From contig OX597821.1 of assembly GCA_951406725.2 (NCBI GenBank), positions 27,652,001 to 27,716,000 of the forward strand: a DNA stretch of 64,000 bases, in the 5' to 3' direction. Under the pieces are notes generated by a model that saw only the letters and a program-made list of their open reading frames with translations, was not told the origin of the DNA and searched no databases. Source of the DNA: Octopus vulgaris (Eukaryota). Numbering within the stretch: position 1 is the stretch's first letter; every line of letters starts with the position of its first letter. Below are positions 39,261 to 53,002 of the stretch, one piece after another. The translations under genes and the position numbers were made by a program.

Positions 39261-39296
<36 letters not shown>

Positions 39297-39326
39297 TGTA
39301 GTAGCAGCAGCAGCAGCAGTAGTAGC

Positions 39327-39384
<58 letters not shown>
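39120..39384. repeat. (AGT)n/(AGC)n trinucleotide tract at the LINE 3' end
   Basis: Direct reading of the sequence. Confidence 0.95.
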
Positions 39385-41545
39385 CTATCACACACAGGAA
39401 AATTGTCTGCATTTCCGGACCGATGGAAGGCGGCGGTTCGATCTTCACTATGGACTCGCCGATAGCTGGATACGTCCTATACGTGATAACAGCTGTTCAA
39501 CATAATTCCACAAGTCAGTAATGCAAGGACATTGGACGAGTGCACGCATATCGGTTTTGTCGCTCTGCGCACATCTCGGGAAGGTCCGTCTGACAGCACT
39601 TCCCTGCTGTAGATTTTATCTCGAACCGACAGAGCTCCTACCACATCACAGTAGCTCCGCAAAGCTAGAGATTTCTTGAAGTTATCCATCGCCATCTTCT
39701 CGAAAGTTCTCCTAGCAGACCGGTCAGTACGACTTCGTCAACGCGTAGCTTCTCCAAGTGCGTTGTCACTCTTCCCCTCCACTAACCCTCTATAGAACTC
39801 AAGAGTAGATGCTCCACTAATCGCATTTCCCGACATGTAGAGGACAGTGAGTGCCTGGCAACGATCCAGATGTCAATCACCCTGCTTCAGTCTCTTGAAC
39901 TACGTCTGCAGCTCAGTCAATAAGACAAGCTGTGTCAAACAAGCCTGTCAAACAAACGGTGACCACACCTGTGCAACGTTTAGGCAGAATATCTGAAGAT
40001 GCCGCAGCATCTGGGTGAGGCTAGCTACCCTGCTCGTCACCTCATCCCAAATCTTATCCCCGTGGAGGTCTGGTCTGAACCAAACCCAGAGCAACTTTAC
40101 CGGTACTTCTGTCCAGCGCTTAACGATTCCGGCTAGTTGCAAGCCCATCGACATTTTCGGGTTATGATTTTCTCCCAACAACTTCTCGTCTTCTTCCTAT
40201 GATATGCCTACCAATTCTGCCTACCAATTCTGCGCCCTAATCGAGCGGGATGCGCTTCAGCAGCTCCAGCTTCTGCAGTAAAGGCTCAAGAGTCAATATG
40301 TACCGAAGAGAGGAGAGAGGGTAACGTTGACGGACAGTTCGGGCAATCCGAAACGGTTCCGAGAAGTGGCCTTTTTTTTTGACTACCGTGCAGATGCCGC
40401 TGTGCATTGTAGTGATCCTCTGAAGACGGGGTCGAAGCCAGCAGCTTTCAGGAAAGCCTTTAGATATCGACGGTTGACCCTATCGAATGCATTCGATTGA
40501 TCAACCCCCACCGAACCCAAGTTACCATACTGCCTTTCTAATGTGTATCGCATGAGGTGGAGGTTGTCGTGTATGCACCTAGTCGGGATTGCGCAGCTTT
40601 GTGACTCCCCCACCAAATCCTCGACGACAAGGACCTACCTCTTTGCGAAAACCTTGGCCAAAATCGTAAACTCCATGATATGCAGAGTTATGAATATGAA
40701 GTTATCTAATGTGTCATTTTGTCATCGTATTTCCTTATCAGGGTCACTACGCCCCGGCTCACGTAACTGGATATAATCCCGTTCTGCTGCTAGTTGCAGT
40801 AGAGCACTTCGAGGAGATAGGAGAACAAGTCTGGCATATTTACGCAAAGTTCATAGGGCAGACAATCTAAAGCAGGTGAATTGCGCCTCGCCTAGCGTCT
40901 ACTGTCGAGAGACACGGCAAGCCTTCGACGTACGTACTGAAGGCCGCCATCATCTCCACCACGCCACACTATCTGAACAATCGAAGAAAGCCTCGGCGAA
41001 AGGCTTCACACATCTGCTTGATATCGCTCAGCTCGTGTCCATCTCTGTCCGTCAAAGTCTAAATTGTTGTTTTGTTATCACAACGGCCTCCGTCACTTGA
41101 GACCATCGAGCAGCTTTGATTCCTTCGCTTCTTACAGAACGCGCCTTAGCTCTGACAATACAACCTTCAGGTTCGCATTGAAGAACTGGTCTAATAATAA
41201 TCTCGCTGCTAACACGTCGGTTTCGATACCACTACAAATAGTTTAGTTTAGCTAATAACACCACCTCCTTTCAATTTTTTAAACACTATTTCTTTGTTAA
41301 GCCCTATCAATATTACTCTAATCTCTCTTTTGGGAGTCACACACCACCTGTTGTTGACGACCCCACCCCTGTCATTTTTTGTTTAACTAAATTGCTTACC
41401 TGGTCGCTGTAAACCTTACGAGCCAGAAATGAAATGTTCAGCTTCCAGTTCCCGGGTCCTAACCTACGCGTCTGATGTAGATCGACCGTACAGATTATAG
41501 ACTTATGCAACCGTTTTAAAAGGTAGAATACTACACTATTATTAT
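39385..41545 (-). mobile_element. Decayed L1/Tx1-type LINE ORF2 (EN-RT) pseudogene
   Basis: Minus-strand motifs GPGNWKLNISFL (EN-RT linker), AIPTRCIHDNLHLMR, VDQSNAFDRVNRRYLKAFLKAAGF (RT) and VKLLWVWFRPDL..KIW; many frameshifts. Confidence 0.8.
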
Positions 41546-42131
41546 CCATTTTCCTAATGAAAATCCTATGTATATTCGTTTTAGATGAAACAAAGTGTTT
41601 GGTTCAGGTCCGCACTGCCACATTAAGGAAATCTCGTCGGTACTTGTCAGACATCTGGAACTGGCTGATCAGGTGCTTGAAGCTTTTGCAGCCCCTTTTC
41701 TGTCAACTATTCCCACACAATCCCAGCGTTGACCTAAGTTTCCAGCCCAGTCCCCTGTCTCGGATTTCTGTTCCCCTTCTTCTGTATTGTTGCCAGTTAC
41801 GGGAGGAAGGTGTGAGTCTTCAGCAGTTGTTATATTTATGGGAGGGGTTGTATTCGTTTTACTCAACTCTTTCGAGGCGCATTCTGCCATCTTGTTCAGT
41901 TGTGTTTACTTCAATTCTGTTAACCGCCCACCCAAATTGTTTGGTGGGCCGAATATCGCCCCTCTGGGGAGTAAACAACCAGAGTAGATCAGTAACAGAT
42001 TCCTGGTGTTTCTATTCATAATTTGGAATAAAATAATTATTGTAAAAAGACAACAATCCTGGTTTAAATAGATATTTTGATCTGAACTTACTTGGAGCGT
42101 TCGAAAATCCGTTCGATGTGTTCGGCAGCAA

Positions 42132-42180
<49 letters not shown>

Positions 42181-42299
42181 GGTTCTAAATTTTGGCATCT
42201 TTGGTATTTGAACTCGGGACATAAAGACGGACGAAATGACAGTAATCTTGTTTTCCAGCGCAGTAACGATTCTGCCAGCTCGCCATGTTAGTAGTTGTA

Positions 42300-42705
42300 G
42301 TAGTATGAAAAATGTTTTCAAATTTTGACACGAATCCGGCAATTTTAGGTCAGGGGCATGCTGATTACATGGACCTAGTATTCGGCTAATACTTCATTGA
42401 CCTCAAAATAATGATAGGCAAGGTTGACCACGGTGGAATTTAAACAGAGAAAGCTAAGACAGACGAAATACCTATTTCTTTATTACCCACATGGGGCAAA
42501 ACACAGAGGGAACAAACAAGGACAGACAAACGGATTAAGTCGATTATATCGACCCCAGTGCGTAACTGGTACTTATTTAATCAACCCCGAAATGATGAAA
42601 TGCAAAGTCGGCATCGGCGGAATTTGAACTCAGAACGTAGCGGCAGACGAAATACCGCCAAGCATTTTACCCGGCGTGCTAATGATTCTACCAGTTCACC
42701 GCCTT
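42300..42705 (-). mobile_element. Nested tRNA-derived SINEs with a Meta-like central domain
   Basis: Minus-strand head GGCGGTGAACTGGTAGAATC...GAGTTCAAATTCCGCCGA (A/B boxes). Core ACTGGTACTTATTTAATCAACCCCGAAATGATGAAA; one copy follows or interrupts another. Confidence 0.75.
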
Positions 42706-42730
42706 AGTATTAATAATAATGATGATGATG

Positions 42731-42806
<76 letters not shown>

Positions 42807-43291
42807 CAACAACAACAACAACAACAATGATAATAATAATAATAGTAAATATTAATAAAAATAATAACATGAATAGAAAACAACAGTTTAAGTAAAACTT
42901 CTTCCAGTCAGACACCAAACTGAAAATGTATGAAAATTTTGATGAAAGTATTAGTCATATACTCGGCGATGACTGTAAGCTCTCTGACAAAGAGCATGGA
43001 AGACATCTTCAGTGCATTAGTAAAAGTCAAATTTTCTAGCGTTGAAATGACAGGAAATGGTACCTTAAGAATACAGTTATTAATGGGATTCTGTCTGCAT
43101 AGAGTGGTATATTTGTTGAAGACAGAAGAATAAACATTGTAAGATGACTGCTGGCTGATATTGGAGTGTGTTTTTCGATGCTTCTTTTATAAACTGCCAA
43201 ATCAGCCAAATCTCTTGAAATTAGAAATATGCATAAAGCACATGAAAGACTAGTACTAAACATTACACACATATTACGTAGAGCACTTTCA

Positions 43292-43327
<36 letters not shown>

Positions 43328-44098
43328 ACACAGACCACACAAATGAAAAACAAACAAATAGCAGGACATACTATACAGAAGCAGTACACAGAGTGATTCC
43401 TTTCGTTGTGCAGACAAAACAAACCATAGAAATGAGAATATGTAACATTAAAAACAATGAAGGCACATTATCAAAATATGAAAATATTTAAAGCATAATT
43501 ATATGAGTGACTTGGAGTTTCAGGTCGTATAGCATACATGTTCATCAAGGCTACAAGTCCTAACTCGATTAAATATGGCCTCTTTCCAAGCGACAGTCCA
43601 CTGGCACCAGATCACCACCGAGAACCTCTTTGTCATTAGATACTCCTAGATAATTTCTCTGCCACCTCAACAGTTTTCTAGAGAGCTCTTCTTCTGCCCT
43701 TTCCTGTAATATTCTTATCGCCACAGGCCTTAATCATGAAACAATCAACAAAGCTTGAAATGCCAAATATCACAATAGACACACCTCAGTCTCCATCCAC
43801 TTTTGTGATTGTCGTTCACCGATTAGCACTAAAACTGTGATGTGATGTGATTTTCTCTCTAAATAAGTACAAAAAAAAAAAAAACTAAAAGGAAAGGAGA
43901 TCTGATCTACTTAGTAAAGAAGATAAAGAAAAACGTAACTGAAACTTCCTACTACAAAGGAGGTAATACGGGGACAAAGACTTTCAAAATGTGAATCATC
44001 GAATGAAAATAAATGAAATAGAATCAAATATTTCAGAAAATAATATATATTATGTGTGAAGCTTATTCGATACAGTTCTTCATAGAGGTTAATATTTG

Positions 44099-44312
44099 CT
44101 CCCATCAACTTCTCATCTTCTTCCTATGATATGCTTACCAATTCTGCGTCCTAATCGAGCGGGATGCGCTACAGCAGCTCCAGCTTCCGCAGTAAAGACT
44201 CAAGAGTCAATATGTACAGGAGAGAGGAGAGAGGGCTACGTTGACGGACAGTTCGGGTAATCCGAAACCGTTCCTAGAAGTGGCCATTAACTTTGACTAC
44301 CGTGAAGATGCC
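44099..44312 (-). repeat. Diverged duplicate of Tx1-LINE segment 40172-40399
   Basis: CTTCTTCCTATGATATGC.TACCAATTCTGCG.CCTAATCGAGCGGGATGCGCT...GACTACCGTG.AGATGCCG is present at both sites. Confidence 0.85.
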
Positions 44313-45062
44313 GGTATAATATACTTATATTTAACATTGCGCAAGAACTAGTGTCCACTGAGAAGGAATAAAGAACAAACGTAACGTGATATCATGCAAC
44401 ATAAATGAGATGAGCATATACGAAGCTACTAAATATGATAATATAGCAGAGCAGACTAAAATGTGTTATGCTGGACGGAATACTGAACTTATCAAATATA
44501 TACATTTATAAATGCTTAGACAATTGTTGACATCATGTACTACCAACAACGGGAAAAATGTCAGTACTAGAAGTATTTTTTTTTGCTTCAAGTAAATAGC
44601 ATAATATATCAGATGAAATTATAATGTGGTTAAAAGCATAATGAAATTACAAGTTGCCAGTAAGAATTCAAAATAAGGTAAATCTCACGCAACTCTTAAG
44701 CATCTATACAATGGAGAAAGCAATATGGTAATATACAAAACAGTCCCATCTACATGATCGTAGATTGTATAAAATTTCATGAATAGAGAATAAATAAAGA
44801 GCATATAATATTTCTCTATACCTGGTTGCGTAAACACACACATATATACACATACCCACACGCACACATACTCTTTCTCTCTTATACAGACGCTTGCTCG
44901 TATATCCAACACATACATATGAGTAAAATAAGCCTACACAACCTCCCTAGCAGTTTTACGTTTGGATGTACAGGAATTCATACGTAGTTCTAAATATTTG
45001 TGATTTGTCACGCAATTTAAATTTTAAACGTACTAAATAATCGTGTATGCATTTTATATGGA

Positions 45063-45139
<77 letters not shown>

Positions 45140-45855
45140 TTCATATGTGTGTACGAGTGTGTGTGTAAATGTACATATATACATACATACATGCACATAC
45201 ATATATATAAATGTTTGCATATATACATACATATGTATATATATATATATATATAATCCGAGAGAGAGAGAGAGAGAGAGGCGGATAAACAGAGACAGAG
45301 AGAAAGAGGGAGGGAGTGAAAGAGAGCGAAAGAGAGAAAGATAGTAAAAAAGTTGAGAGGTAGAAAGATACATAGATTAACGTGAATACGTATTTGTAAT
45401 TAATGTTGTAGAAATAGAACAGCGTGGTATAATACACTTATATTTAACATTGCGCAAGAACTAGTGTCCATTCTTCATGACTGGAAATGTACAAAGGAAA
45501 GCCAAAAACAGACACCGTGATATAAATTGAAATATTTGGGTGCGTGTCAATTGTTAATTTCAGTTTGATTCCCAAGAAACTAATTGAATAGTAGTATTGT
45601 TTCGAAAAAGCAAAAATAAAAAGTAAGTTGGATATCTGTAATACAATTTAGACTATAGTCAAGCAAATTGTTCAGTCTGGCATATTAATTCTTTCCGTTC
45701 AATCTATGCCATACTTCTCCCAATTGTTTTCTCTGTATAATGTCCCAACAGTCACACATATATATGTCCAAACATATAAAGATACGCATTCACAAACACA
45801 CAAAAACACACCCAGACTGACACGTATATAAACAGATATATATATATATACATAT

Positions 45856-45921
<66 letters not shown>

Positions 45922-46001
45922 ATACACTCATACTGAGAGAGAAGAGTGCATTGTTAGTATATTATATATATATATATGAATATATATATATGTATATATA
46001 T

Positions 46002-46492
46002 ATTTATTATATAGAAGGAGCTTCTACAGGACTAGTACTGTTTCATTCAAGAGAAATCTTCAGGAAGCTATTTAACAAGAATTGTATTAGCATTTATACA
46101 TTTAGGCAGGTTTAAAGGAGTGGTGGTGGGGGACTTTTTGGGGGGTAGGCATAGCGCAAAATATCATACTTGGGGGAGTGGTCAAGGAGTCAGTGGTAAG
46201 TTAGATGAAAGAATAGATAAATAAAAAAATAAAAAAATAATAAAAAATATAAAAAATAAAAAATAAAAAATAAAAAATAAAAAAATAAAATAAAATAAAA
46301 TAAAAAAATATAAAATATAAAAAATATATATAAAAAAATATATATATAAAATATATATATACAAAAATATATATATAAAAAAAAGGGGGGATAGAGTTAT
46401 AGGTAAATAAGGAGATTCTCACTTATACCTATACACACATGTATACGTATCTACACACACATACATACATACACATATATATACACACACAT

Positions 46493-46545
<53 letters not shown>

Positions 46546-46922
46546 CCTACACATACACACATACATACATACAAATATACATATACATATATATATATAC
46601 AATCCAATACAGGCCCATTCCCTAATTTTAATTTTATTATCTTCATTTATTACTTTTGTTATCTTTGATCGCTAGGGCTAAGAATCCTGGCAATGGCTGC
46701 AGTCCATTTGTCTGTCTACTAGAAGGCAAGTACTCATTCCCGCACGCACACTCATTAGCACGTACATTCACCCATTCGTACACTCATACACATACACGTA
46801 CGCACGCGTTATATTCATACATACAAACATCTACATACGTTCACGTATATACACATACGTACTCGTACCTACAGATTCATGTCTACACTTTAGGAGGCTA
46901 GACTATACATATACACCAATAA

Positions 46923-46959
<37 letters not shown>

Positions 46960-47013
46960 CGCATATACATACACACACACACATATATACTCCTACATAC
47001 AGATACATACCTA

Positions 47014-47047
<34 letters not shown>

Positions 47048-47051
47048 CATG

Positions 47052-47089
<38 letters not shown>

Positions 47090-47271
47090 CATACACATAC
47101 ACACATACATATACACACACATACATACACATATATATACATACACAAACATATATACACACATATATATATATACATACACACATACACACATACATAC
47201 GTATACATACATACATACATCCATACATCCATACTTACATGCATTTATACGCATACACACACCCATCTATA

Positions 47272-47314
<43 letters not shown>

Positions 47315-47593
47315 TCACACATACATATACAAATCTACGCACACACATACATACATACACGTATACGCATACACGCACATACACATATACATGCGTACCC
47401 ATACACGTGCACACACGCACGCGCATCCATATATATACACACACACACATATATATACACACGTGTGCAAGCATACATACATACTCATACGCGCACACAT
47501 ACTTACAAATACATATATGCACACACTTACACACATATATATACATACACATATACATGCATACATACATATATGCATACATACACACACGCA

Positions 47594-47633
<40 letters not shown>

Positions 47634-47712
47634 TACATATATATACATATATATATACATACATAGATACACATACGCATACATACACATACACATACAT
47701 ACACACATATAT

Positions 47713-47757
<45 letters not shown>

Positions 47758-47958
47758 TACATATATACACACATACATACATATACATACACACACACAT
47801 ACATATATACATATACACTGATACACATACCCATACATACACATGCATATACTTATATCACTACATACTCACATATATAAACATATATACATATACACAC
47901 ATACATATGTACATGTACATACACATACGTATGCATATATATACATATACATATATAT

Positions 47959-47989
<31 letters not shown>

Positions 47990-48268
47990 CTACACACACA
48001 CACACACACACATACACACATATACATGTATACATACGCAAAAATGATACACATATATACACATACACACACACAGACAGATGCATATACATACATATAT
48101 ATATATAAACTACATATCTATATAAATACATACATAATACACATATACACACACATATATATACATTCATGCATATACATATACAAGTATACACATACAT
48201 ACACACACACGCGCACACATACATATACACACACACATATATACAAATACATACATACATACACACAT

Positions 48269-48317
<49 letters not shown>

Positions 48318-48690
48318 TACACGTACACATATACATATGTATATATATATCAACAAGGGAGGGTAAGGTTAATTAGTTATTAAACAATTTCATCAAGTGT
48401 TCAGTATGTAAAGGGACCATTATTATTTTGAGTAAACAATGTTAGAGGGAAAAAAATTCTCTAAGTAGTGGAAGAGGCTAAAAAACTTTATTGGCTGCTA
48501 TTTCTAGAAAGTTTAGTATGTGGCAAAGTAATTTATTTTATATTCCTAATCCCTAATTATATAATATTTTATACATACATACACATACATAAGCACATAC
48601 ATTTACACATACATATGCATATACATATATACACATATACATACAAACACATATACACATATACACACACACACACATACAAGCACATAC

Positions 48691-48742
<52 letters not shown>

Positions 48743-49420
48743 GCAAATATATATACATATATATTTTTTTACATGCATACATACACACACACACACATAA
48801 TACATGCGTATATTCCTACTGTACCCATGCATTTCTATACAAATATACATACATACATACGATACACATATACAAGCGTGCACATATAATATGTGAAAGG
48901 TCTTAGGAGAAAAGGTAATCGGGGGTGCTAGGGGAACAGTGGGGTTGGGGGGGGGTTGTAGGGGGGTTGTCATCAATCAGGTTGCCGGGTAGGTCTATAG
49001 TTCTTGTAGTTCGCATACTTCTTATGCATACAATTTGGGGAGTGTTCTGAAAATTTGTTAAGGAGAGGGCCTTTGGCGAACAAGATCTCTAGGCTCTCTG
49101 ATATGCATAGGTCACAGCAGGTATGTCCTCCTGTGTACGAGCGCGCCTTCTGTAGTAGTTTCCACTTGGTCTTGAAGGGGATTGAGTTCCTTTTAAGGTA
49201 CCAGATGTGGGCGGCGAGGGTAGTTTGGTTGGATTTATCCTGGCTAGGTTGGGCGTGGTAGAGTAGGAGAGTCTAATAGTGTTCTTATTTAGGATAGTGT
49301 AGTACTTATGTTGGGTGGGGAAGTGTTTCTGTAGGAGAGTGAAAAAGATCTTAGCTACAGGTGTAGCGACCTCACGGTTGAAGGGGGAGTTGTACCTCAC
49401 GGTTGAAGGGGGAGTTGTAC
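46002..49420 (-). mobile_element. Left arm: inverted, 5'-truncated Penelope-like (Naiad-type) element with a ~250-bp internal deletion
   Basis: Reverse complement of 49419-53019, but lacking ~49546-49794 (joined through CAGGA microhomology at ~49238-49242). Extends slightly further 5' (YNSPFNREVAT). Confidence 0.9.
46019..46069 (-). ncRNA. Type I hammerhead ribozyme (left-arm copy)
   Basis: Exact reverse complement of 52952-53002. Confidence 0.8.
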
Positions 49421-50063
49421 ACCTGTAGCTAAGATCTTTTTCACTCTCCTACAGAAACACTTCCCCACACAACATAAGTACTACACTATCCTAAATAAGA
49501 ACACTATTAGACTCTCCTACTCTACCACGCCCAACCTAGCCAGGAACCTAGCCAACAACAATGTGAAAAAACTTAACATATCTACTTTCTCCGGGGCCCA
49601 CCCAACGTCCGATAGCAATTGCAACTGCCATGATAAAACCACCTGCCCCCTCAACAACAACTGCCTACAGAGGGACCTAGTATATAAATGCGAGGTAAGA
49701 TCAGGCCTTGACGATAAAAGTAAATCCTACATTGGAATGACGTCAAACAGCTTTAAGACCCGCTGGTATGCACATACACACTCGTTCCGGCGACAGGATA
49801 AATCCAACCAAACTACCCTCGCCGCCCACATCTGGTACCTTAAAAGGAACTCAATCCCCTTCAAGACCAAGTGGAAACTACTACAGAAGGCGCGCTCGTA
49901 CACAGGAGGACATACCTGCTGTGACCTATGCATATCAGAGAGCCTAGAGATCTTGTTTGCCAAAGGCCCTCTCCTTAACAAATTTTCAGAACACTCCCCA
50001 AATTGTATGCATAAGAAGTATGCGAACTACAAGAACTATAGACCTACCCGGCAACCTGATTGA
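49419..50063 (+). CDS. C-terminal part of a PLE polyprotein: RT-thumb/linker + Cys motif + GIY-YIG endonuclease (5'-truncated, frame uninterrupted)
   Basis: TPVAKIFFTLLQKHFPTQHKYYTILNKNTIRLSYS..CNCHDKTTCPLNNNCL..LVYKC..SYIGMTSNSFKTRWYAHTHSF..TTLAAHIWYLK..CDLCISE..LLNK..CMH. This shows VY/YIG, R, H, E and N GIY-YIG residues plus the CxC-x5-C-x5-C and CxxC motifs typical of Naiad-clade PLEs. Confidence 0.88.
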   Translation, partial: TPVAKIFFTLLQKHFPTQHKYYTILNKNTIRLSYSTTPNLARNLANNNVKKLNISTFSGAHPTSDSNCNCHDKTTCPLNNNCLQRDLVYKCEVRSGLDDKSKSYIGMTSNSFKTRWYAHTHSFRRQDKSNQTTLAAHIWYLKRNSIPFKTKWKLLQKARSYTGGHTCCDLCISESLEILFAKGPLLNKFSEHSPNCMHKKYANYKNYRPTRQPD

Positions 50064-50304
50064 TGACAACCCCCCCCTACAACCCCCCTACAACCCCCCC
50101 AACCCCACTGTTCCCCTAGCACCCCCGATTACCTTTTCTCCTAAGACCTTTCACATATTATATGTGCACGCTTGTATATGTGTATCGTATGTATGTATGT
50201 ATATTTGTATAGAAATGCATGGGTACAGTAGGAATATACGCATGTATTATGTGTGTGTGTGTGTATGTATGCATGTAAAAAAATATATATGTATATATAT
50301 TTGC

Positions 50305-50356
<52 letters not shown>

Positions 50357-50484
50357 GTATGTGCTTGTATGTGTGTGTGTGTGTATATGTGTATATGTGT
50401 TTGTATGTATATGTGTATATATGTATATGCATATGTATGTGTAAATGTATGTGCTTATGTATGTGTATGTATGTATAAAATATT

Positions 50485-50700
50485 ATATAATTAGGGATTA
50501 GGAATATAAAATAAATTACTTTGCCACATACTAAACTTTCTAGAAATAGCAGCCAATAAAGTTTTTTAGCCTCTTCCACTACTTAGAGAATTTTTTTCCC
50601 TCTAACATTGTTTACTCAAAATAATAATGGTCCCTTTACATACTGAACACTTGATGAAATTGTTTAATAACTAATTAACCTTACCCTCCCTTGTTGATAT
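50485..50700. repeat. Module homologous to the 560-bp array unit, embedded in the PLE 3' region (mirror copy 48349-48570)
   Basis: AAAATAAATTACTTTGCC.CATACT.AACT...TAGAAATAGCAGC matches the unit start. ATGGTCCCTTT.CATACTGAACACTTG.TGAAATTG.TTAATAA.TAATTAA..TTACCCTC matches the inverted unit end (cf. 7317-7386). Confidence 0.8.
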
Positions 50701-50729
50701 ATATATACATATGTATATGTGTACGTGTA

Positions 50730-50778
<49 letters not shown>

Positions 50779-51034
50779 ATGTGTGTATGTATGTATGTAT
50801 TTGTATATATGTGTGTGTGTATATGTATGTGTGCGCGTGTGTGTGTATGTATGTGTATACTTGTATATGTATATGCATGAATGTATATATATGTGTGTGT
50901 ATATGTGTATTATGTATGTATTTATATAGATATGTAGTTTATATATATATATGTATGTATATGCATCTGTCTGTGTGTGTGTATGTGTATATATGTGTAT
51001 CATTTTTGCGTATGTATACATGTATATGTGTGTA

Positions 51035-51087
<53 letters not shown>

Positions 51088-51288
51088 ATATATATGTATA
51101 TGTATATATATGCATACGTATGTGTATGTACATGTACATATGTATGTGTGTATATGTATATATGTTTATATATGTGAGTATGTAGTGATATAAGTATATG
51201 CATGTGTATGTATGGGTATGTGTATCAGTGTATATGTATATATGTATGTGTGTGTGTATGTATATGTATGTATGTGTGTATATATGTA

Positions 51289-51333
<45 letters not shown>

Positions 51334-51412
51334 ATATATGTGTGTATGTATGTGTATGTGTATGTATGCGTATGTGTATCTATGTATGTATATATATATG
51401 TATATATATGTA

Positions 51413-51443
<31 letters not shown>

Positions 51444-51725
51444 GAGTGCGTGTGTGTATGTATGCATATATGTATGTATGCATGTATATGTGTATGTATA
51501 TATATGTGTGTAAGTGTGTGCATATATGTATTTGTAAGTATGTGTGCGCGTATGAGTATGTATGTATGCTTGCACACGTGTGTATATATATGTGTGTGTG
51601 TGTATATATATGGATGCGCGTGCGTGTGTGCACGTGTATGGGTACGCATGTATATGTGTATGTGCGTGTATGCATATACGTGTATGTATGTATGTGTGTG
51701 CGTGGATTTGTATATGTATGTGTGA

Positions 51726-51764
<39 letters not shown>

Positions 51765-51956
51765 TATATATAGATGGGTGTGTGTATGCGTATAAATGCA
51801 TGTAAGTATGGATGTATGGATGTATGTATGTATGTATACGTATGTATGTGTGTATGTGTGTATGTATATATATATATGTGTGTATATATGTTTGTGTATG
51901 TATATATATGTGTATGTATGTGTGTGTATATGTATGTGTGTATGTGTATGTATGTG

Positions 51957-52013
<57 letters not shown>

Positions 52014-52951
52014 GTATATATATGTATAGGTATGTATCTGTATGTAGGAGTATATATGTGTGTGTGTGTATGTATATGCGGGTATATACATATATATATA
52101 TATGTATATTTATTGGTGTATATGTATAGTCTAGCCTCCTAAAGTGTAGACATGAATCTGTAGGTACGAGTACGTATGTGTATATACGTGAACGTATGTA
52201 GATGTTTGTATGTATGAATATAACGCGTGCGTACGTGTATGTGTATGAGTGTACGAATGGGTGAATGTACGTGCTAATGAGTGTGCGTGCGGGAATGAGT
52301 ACTTGCCTTCTAGTAGACAGACAAATGGACTGCAGCCATTGCCAGGATTCTTAGCCCTAGCGATCAAAGATAACAAAAGTAATAAATGAAGATAATAAAA
52401 TTAAAATTAGGGAATGGGCCTGTATTGGATTGTATATATATATATGTATATGTATATTTGTATGTATGTATGTGTGCATGTGTAGGTATGTATATGTATG
52501 TATATATATGTATATATGTATATGTGTGTGTATATATATGTGTATGTATGTATGTGTGTGTAGATACGTATACATGTGTGTATAGGTATAAGTGAGAATC
52601 TCCTTATTTACCTATAACTCTATCCCCCCTTTTTTTATATATATATTTTTGTATATATATATTTTATATATATATTTTTTTATATATATTTTTTATATTT
52701 TATATTTTTTTATTTTATTTTATTTTATTTTTTATTTTTTATTTTTTATTTTTTATTTTTTATATTTTTTTATTATTTTTTTATTTTTTTATTTTTTTAT
52801 TTATCTATTCTTTCATCTAACTTACCACTGACTCCTTGACCACTCCCCCAAGTATGATATTTTGCGCTATGCCTACCCCCCAAAAAGTCCCCCACCACCA
52901 CTCCTTTAAACCTGCCTAAATGTATAAATGCTAATACAATTCTTGTTAAAT

Positions 52952-53002
52952 AGCTTCCTGAAGATTTCTCTTGAATGAAACAGTACTAGTCCTGTAGAAG
53001 CT
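52952..53002 (+). ncRNA. Type I hammerhead ribozyme (right-arm copy)
   Basis: AGCTTC-CTGAAGA-TTTCTCTTGAAT-GAAA-CAGTACTAGTCCTG-TA-GAAGCT; predicted cleavage after A52996. Confidence 0.8.

Noticed and set aside
42905-43225. Possible host exons (also 27540-28015, 29480-29700, 20210-20460); GATTTGGCTGATTTG is shared between ~27800 and ~43200
   Set aside because: No sustained open frame with splice sites and no recognisable protein; the shared 15-mer could be chance or an ancient repeat.
52280-52375. SECIS element (some Naiad PLEs are reported to encode selenoproteins)
   Set aside because: No convincing AUGA/AA/GA stem-loop geometry by eye and no in-frame TGA within the visible coding segment. 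SECISearch on full-length copies would be needed.
46419-52831. Numerous long YI/HT/CV-rich ORFs here and throughout the window
   Set aside because: They are translations of (TA)n/(CA)n and trinucleotide microsatellites.
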